The notes: generated from the sequence alone by a model not told the origin. Counted from the stretch's first letter, positions 44,177-55,073 are shown. The stretch is 64,000 bases of DNA from Candidatus Binatia bacterium (GCA_963666315.2 CAXXHG010000021.1:96001-160000); one strand, 5' to 3'. Made by a program: numbers and translations.

Positions 44177-45198
44177 CTACACCAGCATCCGTTCCTGTCC
44201 ACCACAGAATCGTTTAATCAGAGCGATGAGCTCTTCCGCAGCAGTTTGTAGGGAGGCGTCGCCAGTCGTTGCATTCCCCTGCACGATATAAAAGCAAGCG
44301 GTAGTATTCAGGCTGATTTTGGTTTTATCGCCCTGGCGCACTTCAAGGCGACACAATACATCTCCACTGTCGTCGATGTATGCGTATTCACCGGAGCTCA
44401 CGACCTGCGGCTTATCTGAGCCCCACCAAAAAAAAATCTGAAATTGATGGGCACACCCTCTTTGAGATGTTGTTCGCGGATCGCCGCCCCGCGCTCAGCG
44501 CCAAAATGATACGAGGCTACACGCACGGCTTTTTCTCCGGACGCGTCGAACGCCTCGATCAACTCGCGGGTGACATACATTTGCAGCGCGGCAAAAACAC
44601 CGATCGTACGCCGGGTGAGCCGAATAGCTTGGGTTGGTTGCGTGAAAACATCTTCGAGCGGAGTTGTATGAATGTCCTCAGACGCCCCACGATAGGTCCA
44701 GGTGAGCTGCCACGGGGTCTACGGGTCGAGCGAAATGTCCGCATACTCCACCCCGGTTGCTTCAGCATAGCCCGCCGCGATTCCAGCCAGAACGTTGCGC
44801 TAAAACAGCGCAAGGACCTCGCCGCCATCACGGGTGTGAAAATAATCCGTCCCTGGCACGCAGGGGAAGGTGACCGTTACGCGGGCCGGCGTGGCATGTA
44901 TCTCAAAAGCCTCATTCAGTGCGGCAAGAACATAATCCCCGGTGTCCCAGTTGCGAACGAGGGAGAGCGCGCTTCGTCCCGCAGCGAACGTTTCCGGACG
45001 ATCGCGCAGGTATTGGCCGCGGTAATAGCCATAGCGCCGAAACCCTTGCTCCAAGACCAGCAGACCGTTCGCGCCAAAACGTTCGGAAACCGAGCGAAAC
45101 AGGCTGCGCAGAAAAATCCACTGGTAGCCGTAAAAAGCGGCCATTGAGTCAATCAAGCCCGTACGGTGGGCGTCGTCTGTATCACACTGGCTTGACAT
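44177..45198 (-). pseudogene. Two-domain protein resembling the ATC-hydrolase-like family, multiply disrupted
   Basis: Twice the pattern E.FG..G...V....xxYG..RG; in-frame stops near 44800 and 44720 and a frameshift near 44430. Confidence 0.5.
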
Positions 45199-45241
45199 GA
45201 GGTCTTCCCTTTCGTTTCTGCTTTTCGCGGGACACTGGACC

Positions 45242-46561
45242 CTAGTCCGTGAACACCAAATGCCCGGCCTCATTCTGGGCACGGATCTTAGCCTTGATAT
45301 CTTCCGAGAGTTCGATTTTTCTGTGTGCAGGGAATTTCTCTTGGTCTATGGTCGGACGCAGAAAATATTGCTCCGGCGTGAGGACTTCCGACTGGCTTTT
45401 GCGTTGAGCAAAATACCACATGCGCGGTAGCACGCCGGGACTAAAAAAAACTTCTTGGTCTTCGGCTGACCACTCTTTGAGATGGTGGGTGTCGTGCACG
45501 CTATAGCGCATATAGTCGAGGGTCACATCCCAGTAATGGTTAAACAGTATGCTGTAGCCTTTATCGCCCATGTTTGGGTTACGGTGCGTGGCTATGCGGG
45601 TTTCAATAAAAATGAGATTCCCGTCTCGTCCGTACTGTTCCATCCGTAAAGGATAAAAATAGTGTTTATCCAACCAATAAATGATTTTCGGTGCATAATA
45701 GTTGGGCAGCCAGTCTTCTTTGACTGTGGTTTCAAGCACCCAACAATCAATGCCACCCTCTTTGGTATAAAAGAGGTAGTCATCCCCCATCATTTTGATC
45801 TGATCAGTCGCGACATCGTGCAGCGTGCCATCAGATTTGCCCAGGGTAACGACGGGCCGCGTATTGGGGAAGCGGACGGTTTGATACAAGGTGTCCGCGC
45901 CGATCAGCTTCCAGGAAAATTCCCACGGGTCACGACCGAAGATATCGTCAAAACTCTCGGCTCCCTCGGCAAGCTTGTCGCCGCGGCGCGGCTGAGGCTG
46001 ACGCCGGACTCGGCGTAGGCTGGGCGAGTAGGCGAACATATCCCAGCGCGTGGCCGAGTCGCCACCGGCGCGATATTGGGTGATGAACATCTGATTGCCG
46101 AGGTCTTCAGGTGGATAAAAATTTTGTCCAGTGATCTTCCGCGTCGGCTCGCCCGGCTCCGTCCCGTATAATTCTCCCTCAAAGCCTTGCCCGCCGGTTG
46201 CATTCGGCACGTAGAAGATGGGGCTGTGCATTTTATTAGTAATCAAATACCCGTGTGCGGTCAGGGCGCCGCTGACATCAACAAAATTGCACGACCAACG
46301 CGGGGAGTGGCTGAACTCCATGGCCCGATAGCCCATTTCTTCGGCTGTGTACGGTGGCTCAAACGGGTATCGTTCGGCCGGCATATAGGGACGTTCCGGA
46401 TCGCGCGGGGTTGCGGTACGTGTATCGAAAAGTTTACGCTCTTCTGGTGTGAACTCAGCAACGGTCCGCCACGTCTTTGTTGCCGCAGGAGCATCAGCCG
46501 TTAGTGCGCATGAACACAGAATACTGAAAATATAGAGTAAGAGAGCAAAGCTGCTCTTCAT
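45242..46561 (-). CDS. DUF1329 domain periplasmic protein
   Basis: Signal peptide; YSPSLRRVRR, SFDDIFGRDPWEFSWKLIG, RMEQYGRDG. Confidence 0.75.
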   Translation of the reverse strand: MKSSFALLLYIFSILCSCALTADAPAATKTWRTVAEFTPEERKLFDTRTATPRDPERPYMPAERYPFEPPYTAEEMGYRAMEFSHSPRWSCNFVDVSGALTAHGYLITNKMHSPIFYVPNATGGQGFEGELYGTEPGEPTRKITGQNFYPPEDLGNQMFITQYRAGGDSATRWDMFAYSPSLRRVRRQPQPRRGDKLAEGAESFDDIFGRDPWEFSWKLIGADTLYQTVRFPNTRPVVTLGKSDGTLHDVATDQIKMMGDDYLFYTKEGGIDCWVLETTVKEDWLPNYYAPKIIYWLDKHYFYPLRMEQYGRDGNLIFIETRIATHRNPNMGDKGYSILFNHYWDVTLDYMRYSVHDTHHLKEWSAEDQEVFFSPGVLPRMWYFAQRKSQSEVLTPEQYFLRPTIDQEKFPAHRKIELSEDIKAKIRAQNEAGHLVFTD

Positions 46562-46766
46562 GAGCCCTCCTTAGAATCCCCGAATCATTGGGAATTTGTT
46601 GCTTCGTGATCCTACGTGGTGCCAGATAGACCCGCAACCTACTCTTAGGTACCAATCTGACGCAGGGATTTCAGACCTGCCCGCTGTTTGCAGAGCTAGC
46701 TGCTTGCAGAACTGTCTTCGCGTGATAGAGCTACGGCACGATAGCCTGTTGGATTAGGAGACGGCA

Positions 46767-47313
46767 ATGAGGCAGAGACGCATCGGAGTCGTACTGATCG
46801 TATTATTTCTGCTGGGTGTAGAAGCGCGCGCGCAGACGTCGGAGCAACAACAGGAAACCCTGCGCGGTTTGTCCGGCATCGCGGTGATGGTTGAACCTCT
46901 CAATGCTGAGGCTGAGCAGGATGGACTGAGCACACAGCAATTGCAGGCGGCTGTTGAAAGACAACTGCACGAGGCCGGTATGCGCGTGCTCTCCAAAGAC
47001 GAATGGTCAACCACCCTCGGTGGTCCGTATCTATACATCAACGTCGCTGCGCTCAAGGAAGGATGATGGGCTGTATGCCTATGCCATTGAAGTGTGTGTC
47101 AATCAACTGGTGGCCCTCCTGCGCGATCAGGAAATCAAACAATTCGCCGAGACCTGGGAGAGACGCGAGGTCGGTACGGTCGGAGTCGAGAAGCTGGCCT
47201 CTCTAGAACAGAGTGTGGCCGCCCACGTTGAGGCTTTTGTGACTGCCTATCGGGCGGTTAATCCGGGGCAAGACGACGGAAAGGCTCTGCGGAGAAATTC
47301 GGAAAAGCAATGA
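46767..47313 (+). pseudogene. Secreted hypothetical protein, frameshift near 47055
   Basis: Signal peptide, ETLRGL.GI.V.VE, PYLYINV; second half continues in the other frame and overlaps the receptor start (ATGA). Confidence 0.6.
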
Positions 47314-49517
47314 TCTTTTCTCGTGTTTTGGCGTGTTTTGTCCTGGCTGGAAGCGTGGTGGGGTGGATTGCTGTTGGCTGGTCCCAAACGTCCGGTCCAG
47401 TTGGTCCCATTACGCTGCCTGAGATCGAGGTACGCGGAACGACACCTTTGATGAGCCTGGCGGTGCCGCGTGAACAGGTTCCCGTCAATGTGCAGGTCCT
47501 TAGCGGCGAACGGATACGCAAACGTGGCGCGGTGAATTTGACCGACACACTTGCACGCGATCTGGCCGGTGTAAATCTGACCCACGTGCAAAGTAATCCG
47601 TTTCAGCCCGATGTCACCTATCGAGGATTTACGAGTTCATTCCTGCTTGGCACCCCACCCGGACTCAGCGTCTTTGTGGATGGCGTCCGCATCAACGAAC
47701 CATTAGCCGATCAAGTCAATTGGGATCTCATTCCCACTGATGCGATTGATCGTCTGGAACTGATACCCGGCTCAAATCCGGTCTATGGCCGGAATACGCT
47801 GGGCGGCGCGATTGTGATGCGCACCAAACGCGGCTTTACCCATCCTGGCACGACGGCTGAGGTATGGGGCGGCAGTTTTGCCCGCTATCGGACCTTGCTC
47901 CAAACCGGCGGTAGTATGGGCAACTTCGACTATTTTGTGTCCGGCAATCTCTTTCTCGAAGATGGCTACCGGGATTTTTCAAAGAGCCATGTCGGCCAGC
48001 TGTTCGGCAAGGTCGGCTATCTTGGCAGCCAGGATGATATCAGCCTTTCCCTGACACATGTGAATAATAAACTGACCGGCAACGGCCCCTTGCCGGAAAG
48101 CCGTCTCAAGCGTGATCGGTCCGCGATCTTTACCCATCCGGATATATATGAGCCTGACCTGTGGTTTGTAAATGGACAATACCAGCGTGACCTGGGACGC
48201 ACGTTCTCTTTGGCAGCGAATGTGTACGGCCGTCTCCTGGATGTAGATCAGTTTAATCGTGACGTTGGGGAAGATTTGGACGCCCGAACCAATCAGAAAG
48301 GCTGGGGCGGCGTACTGCAGCTTGTGTATCAAGAGACGGTACGCGGAATTCTGATCACGGCAACGGTCGGTGGCGATTATACCGGCGCGAGGTTGGATCA
48401 TCTGATCGCGGAGCGAAAGTTGGGCGAAGATGATGACGCTGAGGTCAACGCGTTTGCTTCAAACACGTTTGCTTCAAACGCGCTCGCACCGCTTGAGATC
48501 GCAACCAATGTCAAAATACAAACACATGCCGGCGGGCCGTTTTTCACCATCAGTGCCGAGCCCATAGCGCGCCTCACGGTCACGGTCTCTGGCCGCTATG
48601 ATGTCACACATTTGAAAATTAAAGATCGCTTGGCGGGGCATGATGACAATGCTGCCGGGACGGATGCGGGCGGCCGTCATACGTTTGACCGCTTCAACCC
48701 TGCCCTGGGCGCAACCTATAAACTGGGCGAGAATCTGAGTGTGTATGCGAACTATAGTGAGAGCTACCGGGCGCCCACGGCTATCGAGCTGACCTGCGCG
48801 AATCCGGAAGAGCCGTGTCCCATTCCGACAGCCCTGGTGGATGATCCGCCGCTGGATGCGGTCAAAGGCAAGACCTGGGAGACGGGTCTTCGCTGGGCTT
48901 TCCCGCCCTACCTTGACGCCACACTGGCATTCTTTCGAACAGACCTGAACGATGACATTCTGTTCCAGAACGAGCCGGAGAGCCGGGTGCTGGGATTCTT
49001 TCAGAACGTTGAGACAACGCGGCGCCAAGGTATCGAGCTGTTACTGCATGGCGTCTGGAACTGGGGCAACTGGTTTCTCAATTACACCCTCACTGACGCC
49101 ACATTTGAGGATGATATCCAACTCTTCACCTTTGGCAATGAAGACCGCTTGGCCCACGTCCGGGCGGGTGACCGGCTGCCGCTTGTCCCGCCGCATCGAC
49201 TCAACGCAGGTTTTGAATTGCAGCTCGCTCCACGCTGGCAACTCCAGCTTGATGCTGTATATGTTGACGAGCAATATCTGCGCGGGGATGAGTCGAATGA
49301 GCACGGCCGCCTGGACCCATACTTTGTTGCCAACGCGCAGATAACGTATCAATACGAGAACTTCGATATTTTCCTACGTATAGAAAATCTATTCGACACA
49401 GACTACGAAACCTATGGCGCGTTCTTTGAGAACGTGGTTGATGACACTGGCACCGAACGTTTCTTTGGACCTGGAGCGCCGTTTGGGGCATTCGGTGGTA
49501 TGCGTGTACACTTTTAA
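47310..49517 (+). CDS. TonB-dependent receptor
   Basis: Plug motifs DGVRINE, IDRLELIPG, YGRNTLGGAI; ENLFD..Y; C-terminal Phe. Confidence 0.93.
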   Translation: MIFSRVLACFVLAGSVVGWIAVGWSQTSGPVGPITLPEIEVRGTTPLMSLAVPREQVPVNVQVLSGERIRKRGAVNLTDTLARDLAGVNLTHVQSNPFQPDVTYRGFTSSFLLGTPPGLSVFVDGVRINEPLADQVNWDLIPTDAIDRLELIPGSNPVYGRNTLGGAIVMRTKRGFTHPGTTAEVWGGSFARYRTLLQTGGSMGNFDYFVSGNLFLEDGYRDFSKSHVGQLFGKVGYLGSQDDISLSLTHVNNKLTGNGPLPESRLKRDRSAIFTHPDIYEPDLWFVNGQYQRDLGRTFSLAANVYGRLLDVDQFNRDVGEDLDARTNQKGWGGVLQLVYQETVRGILITATVGGDYTGARLDHLIAERKLGEDDDAEVNAFASNTFASNALAPLEIATNVKIQTHAGGPFFTISAEPIARLTVTVSGRYDVTHLKIKDRLAGHDDNAAGTDAGGRHTFDRFNPALGATYKLGENLSVYANYSESYRAPTAIELTCANPEEPCPIPTALVDDPPLDAVKGKTWETGLRWAFPPYLDATLAFFRTDLNDDILFQNEPESRVLGFFQNVETTRRQGIELLLHGVWNWGNWFLNYTLTDATFEDDIQLFTFGNEDRLAHVRAGDRLPLVPPHRLNAGFELQLAPRWQLQLDAVYVDEQYLRGDESNEHGRLDPYFVANAQITYQYENFDIFLRIENLFDTDYETYGAFFENVVDDTGTERFFGPGAPFGAFGGMRVHF

Positions 49518-50854
49518 CGCCGTCCCTCAGTCAGTCTGTTCACGTCGTATATGCTCAGCACTTCCTCGCTGTCTATAGGTGGATAGCTTATATCAAGAGC
49601 CGGAAATAACGATGCTTGCCCGGTTCTCACGTCAACAACGGCGACACCCAGATAGCAGCTGATCTGCGTGCCTGCATTCATTTTCCGATGATCGGAGGCA
49701 TCCTCAGACCAGGCATGCTGCATCGCCCACACCTTCCAGAGCTTGCCTGCGCGGTCAAAAGCAAAAGCCGAAACGGCCCGATAGGTTTGGGCGTCGAGAA
49801 ATAAAATCTTACTGCTATACGGGTGATTGGCTCGTTTGGGGACCTGTTCGACAACGAGGGCTTTGCGCAACTCCCAGCGACCAAGCGCGGCTCTGCCATG
49901 AGGGCCATAATAGCGTGCATACGCGTACTGGGTGTTCATGATGTGCAAGACGTCCTTCCAGCCGTGGAAGGTCCACTCATAGTCCAGGACACGGCCTGAG
50001 AAACCAAAGAAGTCGTCAAGCGTCGTATCTGAGCCTTGGAAGGAGTCGGCCTTTTCTTCAGCGGACACCCGACGGACTTTGCGTAGGGAAGGAATATAGG
50101 TCCAAGCCTGGTCAGCCTGGTGGGGATCGCTGGAGCGCTGAATGAGGATACGCAAGCCGCGCATTTCATACGGGTCGGTGAATTCAGTGATGTCTTTCCA
50201 CTCAAATTGTTCAGCCCCAGGAACCGGAAGTGTGTAGTTCTGCTCTGGGAGCATGGCGATGTGGCTGTGATACACGCGCTGGTAGCGTTGCAGCAGAACG
50301 CGCTCGACCGTGCCACCGGATTGAAGGAGATCCTCCGGTAAGCCGGGCAAGGCACCATGCGTACCACCTGGTTTGAGCATGATAGTGGCGAAGGTGCCGA
50401 CCTTTGGGCCGTAATGCTGCCAACGGAAGTTGAAATTCCAGCCGATTTTGAGACCAGAGGTGGGATCTGAGGGGTCGAGCTGGTCGGTAGGGAAAGGCTG
50501 GCCAGCAACATAGCCTTCGAGGCTACCGTCTTGTGCCAAACGCGTTTGGCTAGCATATTTTTCCGTGGCTTCGAGATAATCCTTACGCGGTGCGTAGTCA
50601 CCCGTCGGTGTAATTTCAAACGTCACTTCTGGGAACTGAAATTCTTCAAAATAGCCGGGTGGGATAAATGGGCGGAGTTTCTCAATATCGTCGAATGTGA
50701 GTGTATCGCTGGGCTGAAAATTCGGCTGGGCCTGTTTGTGTTGTGCAACCCACTGCAGCAGAGTGTCGCGAGTCATGGCGCGGCGTTCATCTTGCGCCCA
50801 ACTCGGTCCGGTCCATACCAATAAGCCCATTATTAATAGAAGAATAAGCTGCAT
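49514..50854 (-). CDS. DUF1329 domain periplasmic protein
   Basis: Signal peptide; GYVAGQPFP, WTYIPSLRKVRR, DDFFGFSG, HPYSSK, FDRAGKLWK. Confidence 0.88.
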   Translation of the reverse strand: MQLILLLIMGLLVWTGPSWAQDERRAMTRDTLLQWVAQHKQAQPNFQPSDTLTFDDIEKLRPFIPPGYFEEFQFPEVTFEITPTGDYAPRKDYLEATEKYASQTRLAQDGSLEGYVAGQPFPTDQLDPSDPTSGLKIGWNFNFRWQHYGPKVGTFATIMLKPGGTHGALPGLPEDLLQSGGTVERVLLQRYQRVYHSHIAMLPEQNYTLPVPGAEQFEWKDITEFTDPYEMRGLRILIQRSSDPHQADQAWTYIPSLRKVRRVSAEEKADSFQGSDTTLDDFFGFSGRVLDYEWTFHGWKDVLHIMNTQYAYARYYGPHGRAALGRWELRKALVVEQVPKRANHPYSSKILFLDAQTYRAVSAFAFDRAGKLWKVWAMQHAWSEDASDHRKMNAGTQISCYLGVAVVDVRTGQASLFPALDISYPPIDSEEVLSIYDVNRLTEGRR

Positions 50855-51064
50855 TCGCCCTCCCCCACGTTCTCTGTGCTTTGTCCATCTATATTGCGCG
50901 GATCAGCCTAACGATTCTCTCTCGGGATGCAAGCCCATTATCCCACACAGCCGCTTTTATCCAACAAAAGTCTTTGCAAAAGACAAATGCTTGGCTATGT
51001 TGACGGCGGATACGATCCCGTCAGGTCTATCTCAAGCAGAGATGCAGAAACAAAGGAGGCCGTC

Positions 51065-51631
51065 ATGAAAACGATTACGGTGAGCCCAGAGGAAATGGAA
51101 TCTTGTATTGCCCGCTTTCACGATCTCAAGCCCATCCTAGCGATGCAAAACGACAAAATACCGTTAGCAGCGCGGGATTATATTTACGCGCGCAAACTAT
51201 TGCCGGTGATTTCCTCTAAAGGTGGGGAAGGGCCATTTGGACCGGCGCCGATTGCTGAAGCTGATGGCTATTCTATGACGATGGCGGTCTGTCCGCCCAA
51301 CCAAGGGCCGGGGCTACATGCGCATCATAAGACGTATGAAACTTTTACCTGTCTCAAAGGGACATTTAAAATTCAGTGGGGCGACGACGGCGAACACGAG
51401 CTTGTCTTGAACCTCTTTGATACGATCTCAGTCCCGCCAGGCGTGTGCCGCTGCTTCACCAATATTGGTGAGGATGAGGGTATTCTCCAAGTGCTGGTTA
51501 CTGGTGGGGTGCACGATATGCAAGATATTGCGTTTCCGCCGAGTGTGGCTGAACAGATAGACCAGACCGGCCCCGGAGTGTTAGAGGAGATTAAGAAAAC
51601 GGGCCTCGCGTTTAACGCGGGTGTGGAATAG
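51065..51631 (+). CDS. Cupin domain protein
   Basis: GPGLHAHHKTYETF, DTISVPPGVCRCF; AAGGAGG before ATG 51065. Confidence 0.85.
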   Translation: MKTITVSPEEMESCIARFHDLKPILAMQNDKIPLAARDYIYARKLLPVISSKGGEGPFGPAPIAEADGYSMTMAVCPPNQGPGLHAHHKTYETFTCLKGTFKIQWGDDGEHELVLNLFDTISVPPGVCRCFTNIGEDEGILQVLVTGGVHDMQDIAFPPSVAEQIDQTGPGVLEEIKKTGLAFNAGVE

Positions 51632-51654
51632 ACAAAATTCTTAAGGAGGATGAC

Positions 51655-52140
51655 ATGAGTAATATTGAAGATCTCGCCAAACGGCTCCAGGTTTTGGAAG
51701 ACATCGAAGCCATCAAAAAAATGAAGGCGCAATACTGTGCGCATTGTGATGATGGTTACAACCCCGACGGCATTGCCGGATTGTTTGTTGAAGACGGGGT
51801 GTGGGACGGCGGGGTCGATGTGTTTGGCAAGTATGACGGTCGGGAAGCCATACGCAAGTTTTTTACTGGGGCGTCGAAAATGATCCCGTTTGCCATCCAT
51901 AATGTGATGAACCCTATCATTGAAGTAGATGGCGATAGCGCGACCGGACAGTGGTATCTCTTTCAGCCGTGCACCATGACTGAGAAAGATGGAGATAAAG
52001 CCGTGTGGGGTGCGGCCAAGTATTCCGACGACTATAAGCGGATCAATGGTGAATGGAAGATCCAGACCCTACGCGTCAAGTTTGAGTTCTGGACGCCATT
52101 TGAAAAGGGCTGGGTTGAAAAGAGAATGATTCAAGATTAG
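51655..52140 (+). CDS. SnoaL/NTF2-like protein (LinA/BaiE-like)
   Basis: LEDIEAIK..KA.YC..CD, HNVMNPIIEVDGD.ATGQW, YSDDY..NGEWKI. Confidence 0.85.
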   Translation: MSNIEDLAKRLQVLEDIEAIKKMKAQYCAHCDDGYNPDGIAGLFVEDGVWDGGVDVFGKYDGREAIRKFFTGASKMIPFAIHNVMNPIIEVDGDSATGQWYLFQPCTMTEKDGDKAVWGAAKYSDDYKRINGEWKIQTLRVKFEFWTPFEKGWVEKRMIQD

Positions 52141-52269
52141 AGTACGTTTAGAAGGTGGAGAGGATGTGTCATTGCGAGGAGCCTAGGCGACGAAGCAATC
52201 TCTTTTCCTGCCTCAGATTGCGTCGCTTCGCTCGCAATGACGTGTACGGTGGAGTTTCCAAACACCCTC
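52140..52269 (-). mobile_element. MITE family 2, copy A (130 bp)
   Basis: Ends GAGTACGTTTAGAA / TTCCAAACACCCTC flanked by TA; internal GTCATTGCGAG..CTCGCAATGAC hairpin. Confidence 0.65.
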
Positions 52270-52299
52270 TAGCTGTTTCACACTTTAAGGAGCAGAGAT

Positions 52300-53484
52300 A
52301 TGCAATTCTATAATTTCCATCTCATGCCCTGGCCACATTTACCCGAGGACTTTGACGACAAAGCCAAATATCCTTCTGCCTGGGTGACCCTTTCCAATAA
52401 GTATTATGACCCCGAAAAAGGCCACACACTCTACAACCAGTACCTAGACCAGATCGAATATGCAGAAAAGCTCGGGTTTGAGGGCGTGTGCGTCAACGAG
52501 CATCATCAAAACGCCTATGGCACGATGCCGTCGCCCAATATCGTGGCTGCCATGCTCGCGCGTCGGACCACGCGGATCAAGATTGCGATTATCGGCAACG
52601 GGCTGCCGCTGCGCGATCATCCGCTACGGGTGGCTGAAGAAGTCGCCATGCTGGACGTCGTTACGGGCGGCCGCATTATCTCCGGCTTCGTGCGTGGGAT
52701 CGGTGAGGAATACTATTCTATGGGGGTCAACCCCACGCATTCGCTGGCGCGCTTTCGTGAAGCGCATGATCTCATTGTTCGTGCCTGGACCGAGACTGGG
52801 CCGTTTCACTTTGACGGTGAACACTATCAAGTTCGCTACGTGAATATATGGCCACGACCGCTACAGAAACCTCACCCGCCGATCTGGATTCCCGGCTTTG
52901 GCAGTAAAGAAACCGTGGAATGGTGTGCCGAGCCGTCACGCAAATATCCCTATCTGGCTGTCTTTATGCCGGAGGATCTGGTGAAGTGGTTTTTTGATGC
53001 CTACCGGGAGGCGGCGGACCAGTATGGCTACGAAGCCTCGCCGTATCAAATGGGGCACTTATTACCCATCTATGTAGCAGAGACCGACAATCGGGCAGAA
53101 GAAGAAGCCAAAGCTCATATGTTGTGGCTCTACCATTATGGATTGCGCCATAAATGGGAGATGTTGTTCCCGCCAGGCTATACATCGGCGGCGTCAATGA
53201 AGCGCATTATGGCCCGTGCGGATGATTTTGATTATGGAAGTATGAGCTTCAAACAGCTCAACGAGCGAGGCTATTGCGTTGTTGGCAGCGCCAAAACTGT
53301 TCGAGACCGGCTTGCGCACTATGTGAAGGAACTCGGCTTCGGACTCCTGCTGCCGCTGCTGCACGTCGGGGATATGCCCCATCATCGAACGATCAAGAAC
53401 ATGGAATTGTTTGCCACCGAGGTGATGCCGGCGCTCCGAGAAGAGTTTAGCGATATGTCGCAACGCTGGCTGAAGGCAGCATAA
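52300..53484 (+). CDS. LLM-class flavin-dependent oxidoreductase
   Basis: NEHHQNAYG.MPSPN, PLRVAEEVAMLD, WPRPLQKPHPPIW. Confidence 0.92.
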   Translation: MQFYNFHLMPWPHLPEDFDDKAKYPSAWVTLSNKYYDPEKGHTLYNQYLDQIEYAEKLGFEGVCVNEHHQNAYGTMPSPNIVAAMLARRTTRIKIAIIGNGLPLRDHPLRVAEEVAMLDVVTGGRIISGFVRGIGEEYYSMGVNPTHSLARFREAHDLIVRAWTETGPFHFDGEHYQVRYVNIWPRPLQKPHPPIWIPGFGSKETVEWCAEPSRKYPYLAVFMPEDLVKWFFDAYREAADQYGYEASPYQMGHLLPIYVAETDNRAEEEAKAHMLWLYHYGLRHKWEMLFPPGYTSAASMKRIMARADDFDYGSMSFKQLNERGYCVVGSAKTVRDRLAHYVKELGFGLLLPLLHVGDMPHHRTIKNMELFATEVMPALREEFSDMSQRWLKAA

Positions 53485-53521
53485 ACGTATGGGGGTGACC
53501 CCGTGTTGTTGTTCTTTATTC

Positions 53522-53583
53522 GTAGGGCGCGCCCTGCGCACCGAGGGCGGGGGGTCAGGTTACGCTACGCTAACCTGACCTAC
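53522..53583. repeat. GTAG-type REP doublet (two different units)
   Basis: GTAGGGCGCGCCCTGCGCACC..GGTCAGGTTACGCTACGCTAACCTGACCTAC; first unit resembles the inverse of 34678-34698. Confidence 0.6.
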
Positions 53584-53609
53584 GGTCTGTACATACAAGG
53601 GGGAAGACC

Positions 53610-55040
53610 ATGCCCAAACGCATCTACTTCAACGCTTTTCATATGAACTGCGTGGTGCATCAATCTCCAGGCCTATGGGTCCGGCCGGAAGACCAGATGG
53701 AAAACTACACCGATCTTAACACCTGGATTGAACTCGCCAAAGTGTTGGAGCGGGGAAAGTTTGATGCCCTCTTTTTGGCTGATGTTGTTGGTGTGTACGA
53801 TGTTTTTCGTGGCGGTCGGGAGGCGGCGCTTACGCAAGCCGCCCAGGTACCGGTGAATGATCCCATGCTGCTTGTGCCCGCTATGGCTGCTGCAACCGAA
53901 CATCTGGGTTTCGCCTTCACCAGTTCTATCTTCCAGTATCATCCGTTCACGTTTGCTCGACTGATCTCAACCTTAGACCATCTGACAAAAGGCCGTATTG
54001 CCTGGAACATTGTGACCTCGTACTTAGAAAGTATGGGGCGCAGCTATGGTCAGTCTGGTTTGGTCGAGCATGACGAGCGCTATGATATGGCGGATGATTA
54101 TTGTGATGTATGCTACAAGCTGTGGGAATCGAGTTGGGAGGACGATGCGGTCGTTAAGGATAAGCGGCGTGGAATTTATGCGGACCCGACCAAGGTGCGA
54201 AACGTCGTCCACGAGGGCAAGTATTATAAAGTAGACGGTTGTCACCTTTCCGAGCCCTCACCGCAACGTACCCCTGTTTTATACCAGGCTGGCTCATCGC
54301 CACGTGGGCAAGCGTTTGCCGCCCGACACGCCGAGTGCGTGTTTCTCGCTACTCCTACGCCTGACATTGCGGGGCAGTACATCCAATCGACCCGGAAACA
54401 GGCAGAGCAGAACGGGCGCAACCCGGAAGACATTCTTTTCTTTGCCTATCTTAAAGTGATTACCGGTGGTACTGAGGCGGAAGCCAAGAAGAAGTACGAC
54501 GACTACTTCGAACAGGTCAGCTACGACGGTGCGATGGCATTACTGAGCGGCTGGGCTGGGTACGACTTTGGAAGGTTAGATCCGGACGAACCGCTGGAAT
54601 ACATCGAAACAAATGCGATTCGGACACTCTGGAATTCGTTCACCCGGGCAGACCCGGACCGCAAATGGACCGTACGTGATCTCGCCAAGTATATCGGTAT
54701 CGGCGGAGGTGGCCCCGTGGCGGTCGGGACGCCGGAACAGATCGTAGAGGAATTCCAGCGATGGACCCAGGTTGGAGTCGATGGGTTTAACCTCGCCTAC
54801 GCTGTGACTCCTGGGACATTTGAAGACTTTGTTGATGGTATCGTGCCCGTTCTCCAGCAACGGGGGATGATGCAAACACAGTATCAAGAGGGAACGCTCC
54901 GTGAGAAACTCTACGGAGCCGGACACGCACGCCTCAGCGAGCCGCATCCGGCTGCAGGCTATCGCGCGCGGACTGTCTCTGAGACCGTAGGCCGTCCTGA
55001 CAGACACGAAGAACCGGCCGGCGTTTCCGTGGCGAGATAA
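53610..55040 (+). CDS. NtaA/DmoA/DszA-family FMN-dependent monooxygenase
   Basis: LERGKFDALFLAD, LDHLTKGRIAWNIVTS, PSPQRTPVLYQAGSS, GTLREKL. Confidence 0.93.
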   Translation: MPKRIYFNAFHMNCVVHQSPGLWVRPEDQMENYTDLNTWIELAKVLERGKFDALFLADVVGVYDVFRGGREAALTQAAQVPVNDPMLLVPAMAAATEHLGFAFTSSIFQYHPFTFARLISTLDHLTKGRIAWNIVTSYLESMGRSYGQSGLVEHDERYDMADDYCDVCYKLWESSWEDDAVVKDKRRGIYADPTKVRNVVHEGKYYKVDGCHLSEPSPQRTPVLYQAGSSPRGQAFAARHAECVFLATPTPDIAGQYIQSTRKQAEQNGRNPEDILFFAYLKVITGGTEAEAKKKYDDYFEQVSYDGAMALLSGWAGYDFGRLDPDEPLEYIETNAIRTLWNSFTRADPDRKWTVRDLAKYIGIGGGGPVAVGTPEQIVEEFQRWTQVGVDGFNLAYAVTPGTFEDFVDGIVPVLQQRGMMQTQYQEGTLREKLYGAGHARLSEPHPAAGYRARTVSETVGRPDRHEEPAGVSVAR

Positions 55041-55073
55041 CTCATATTTCCAGTGTTGAGAGGAGGTAGCCAG

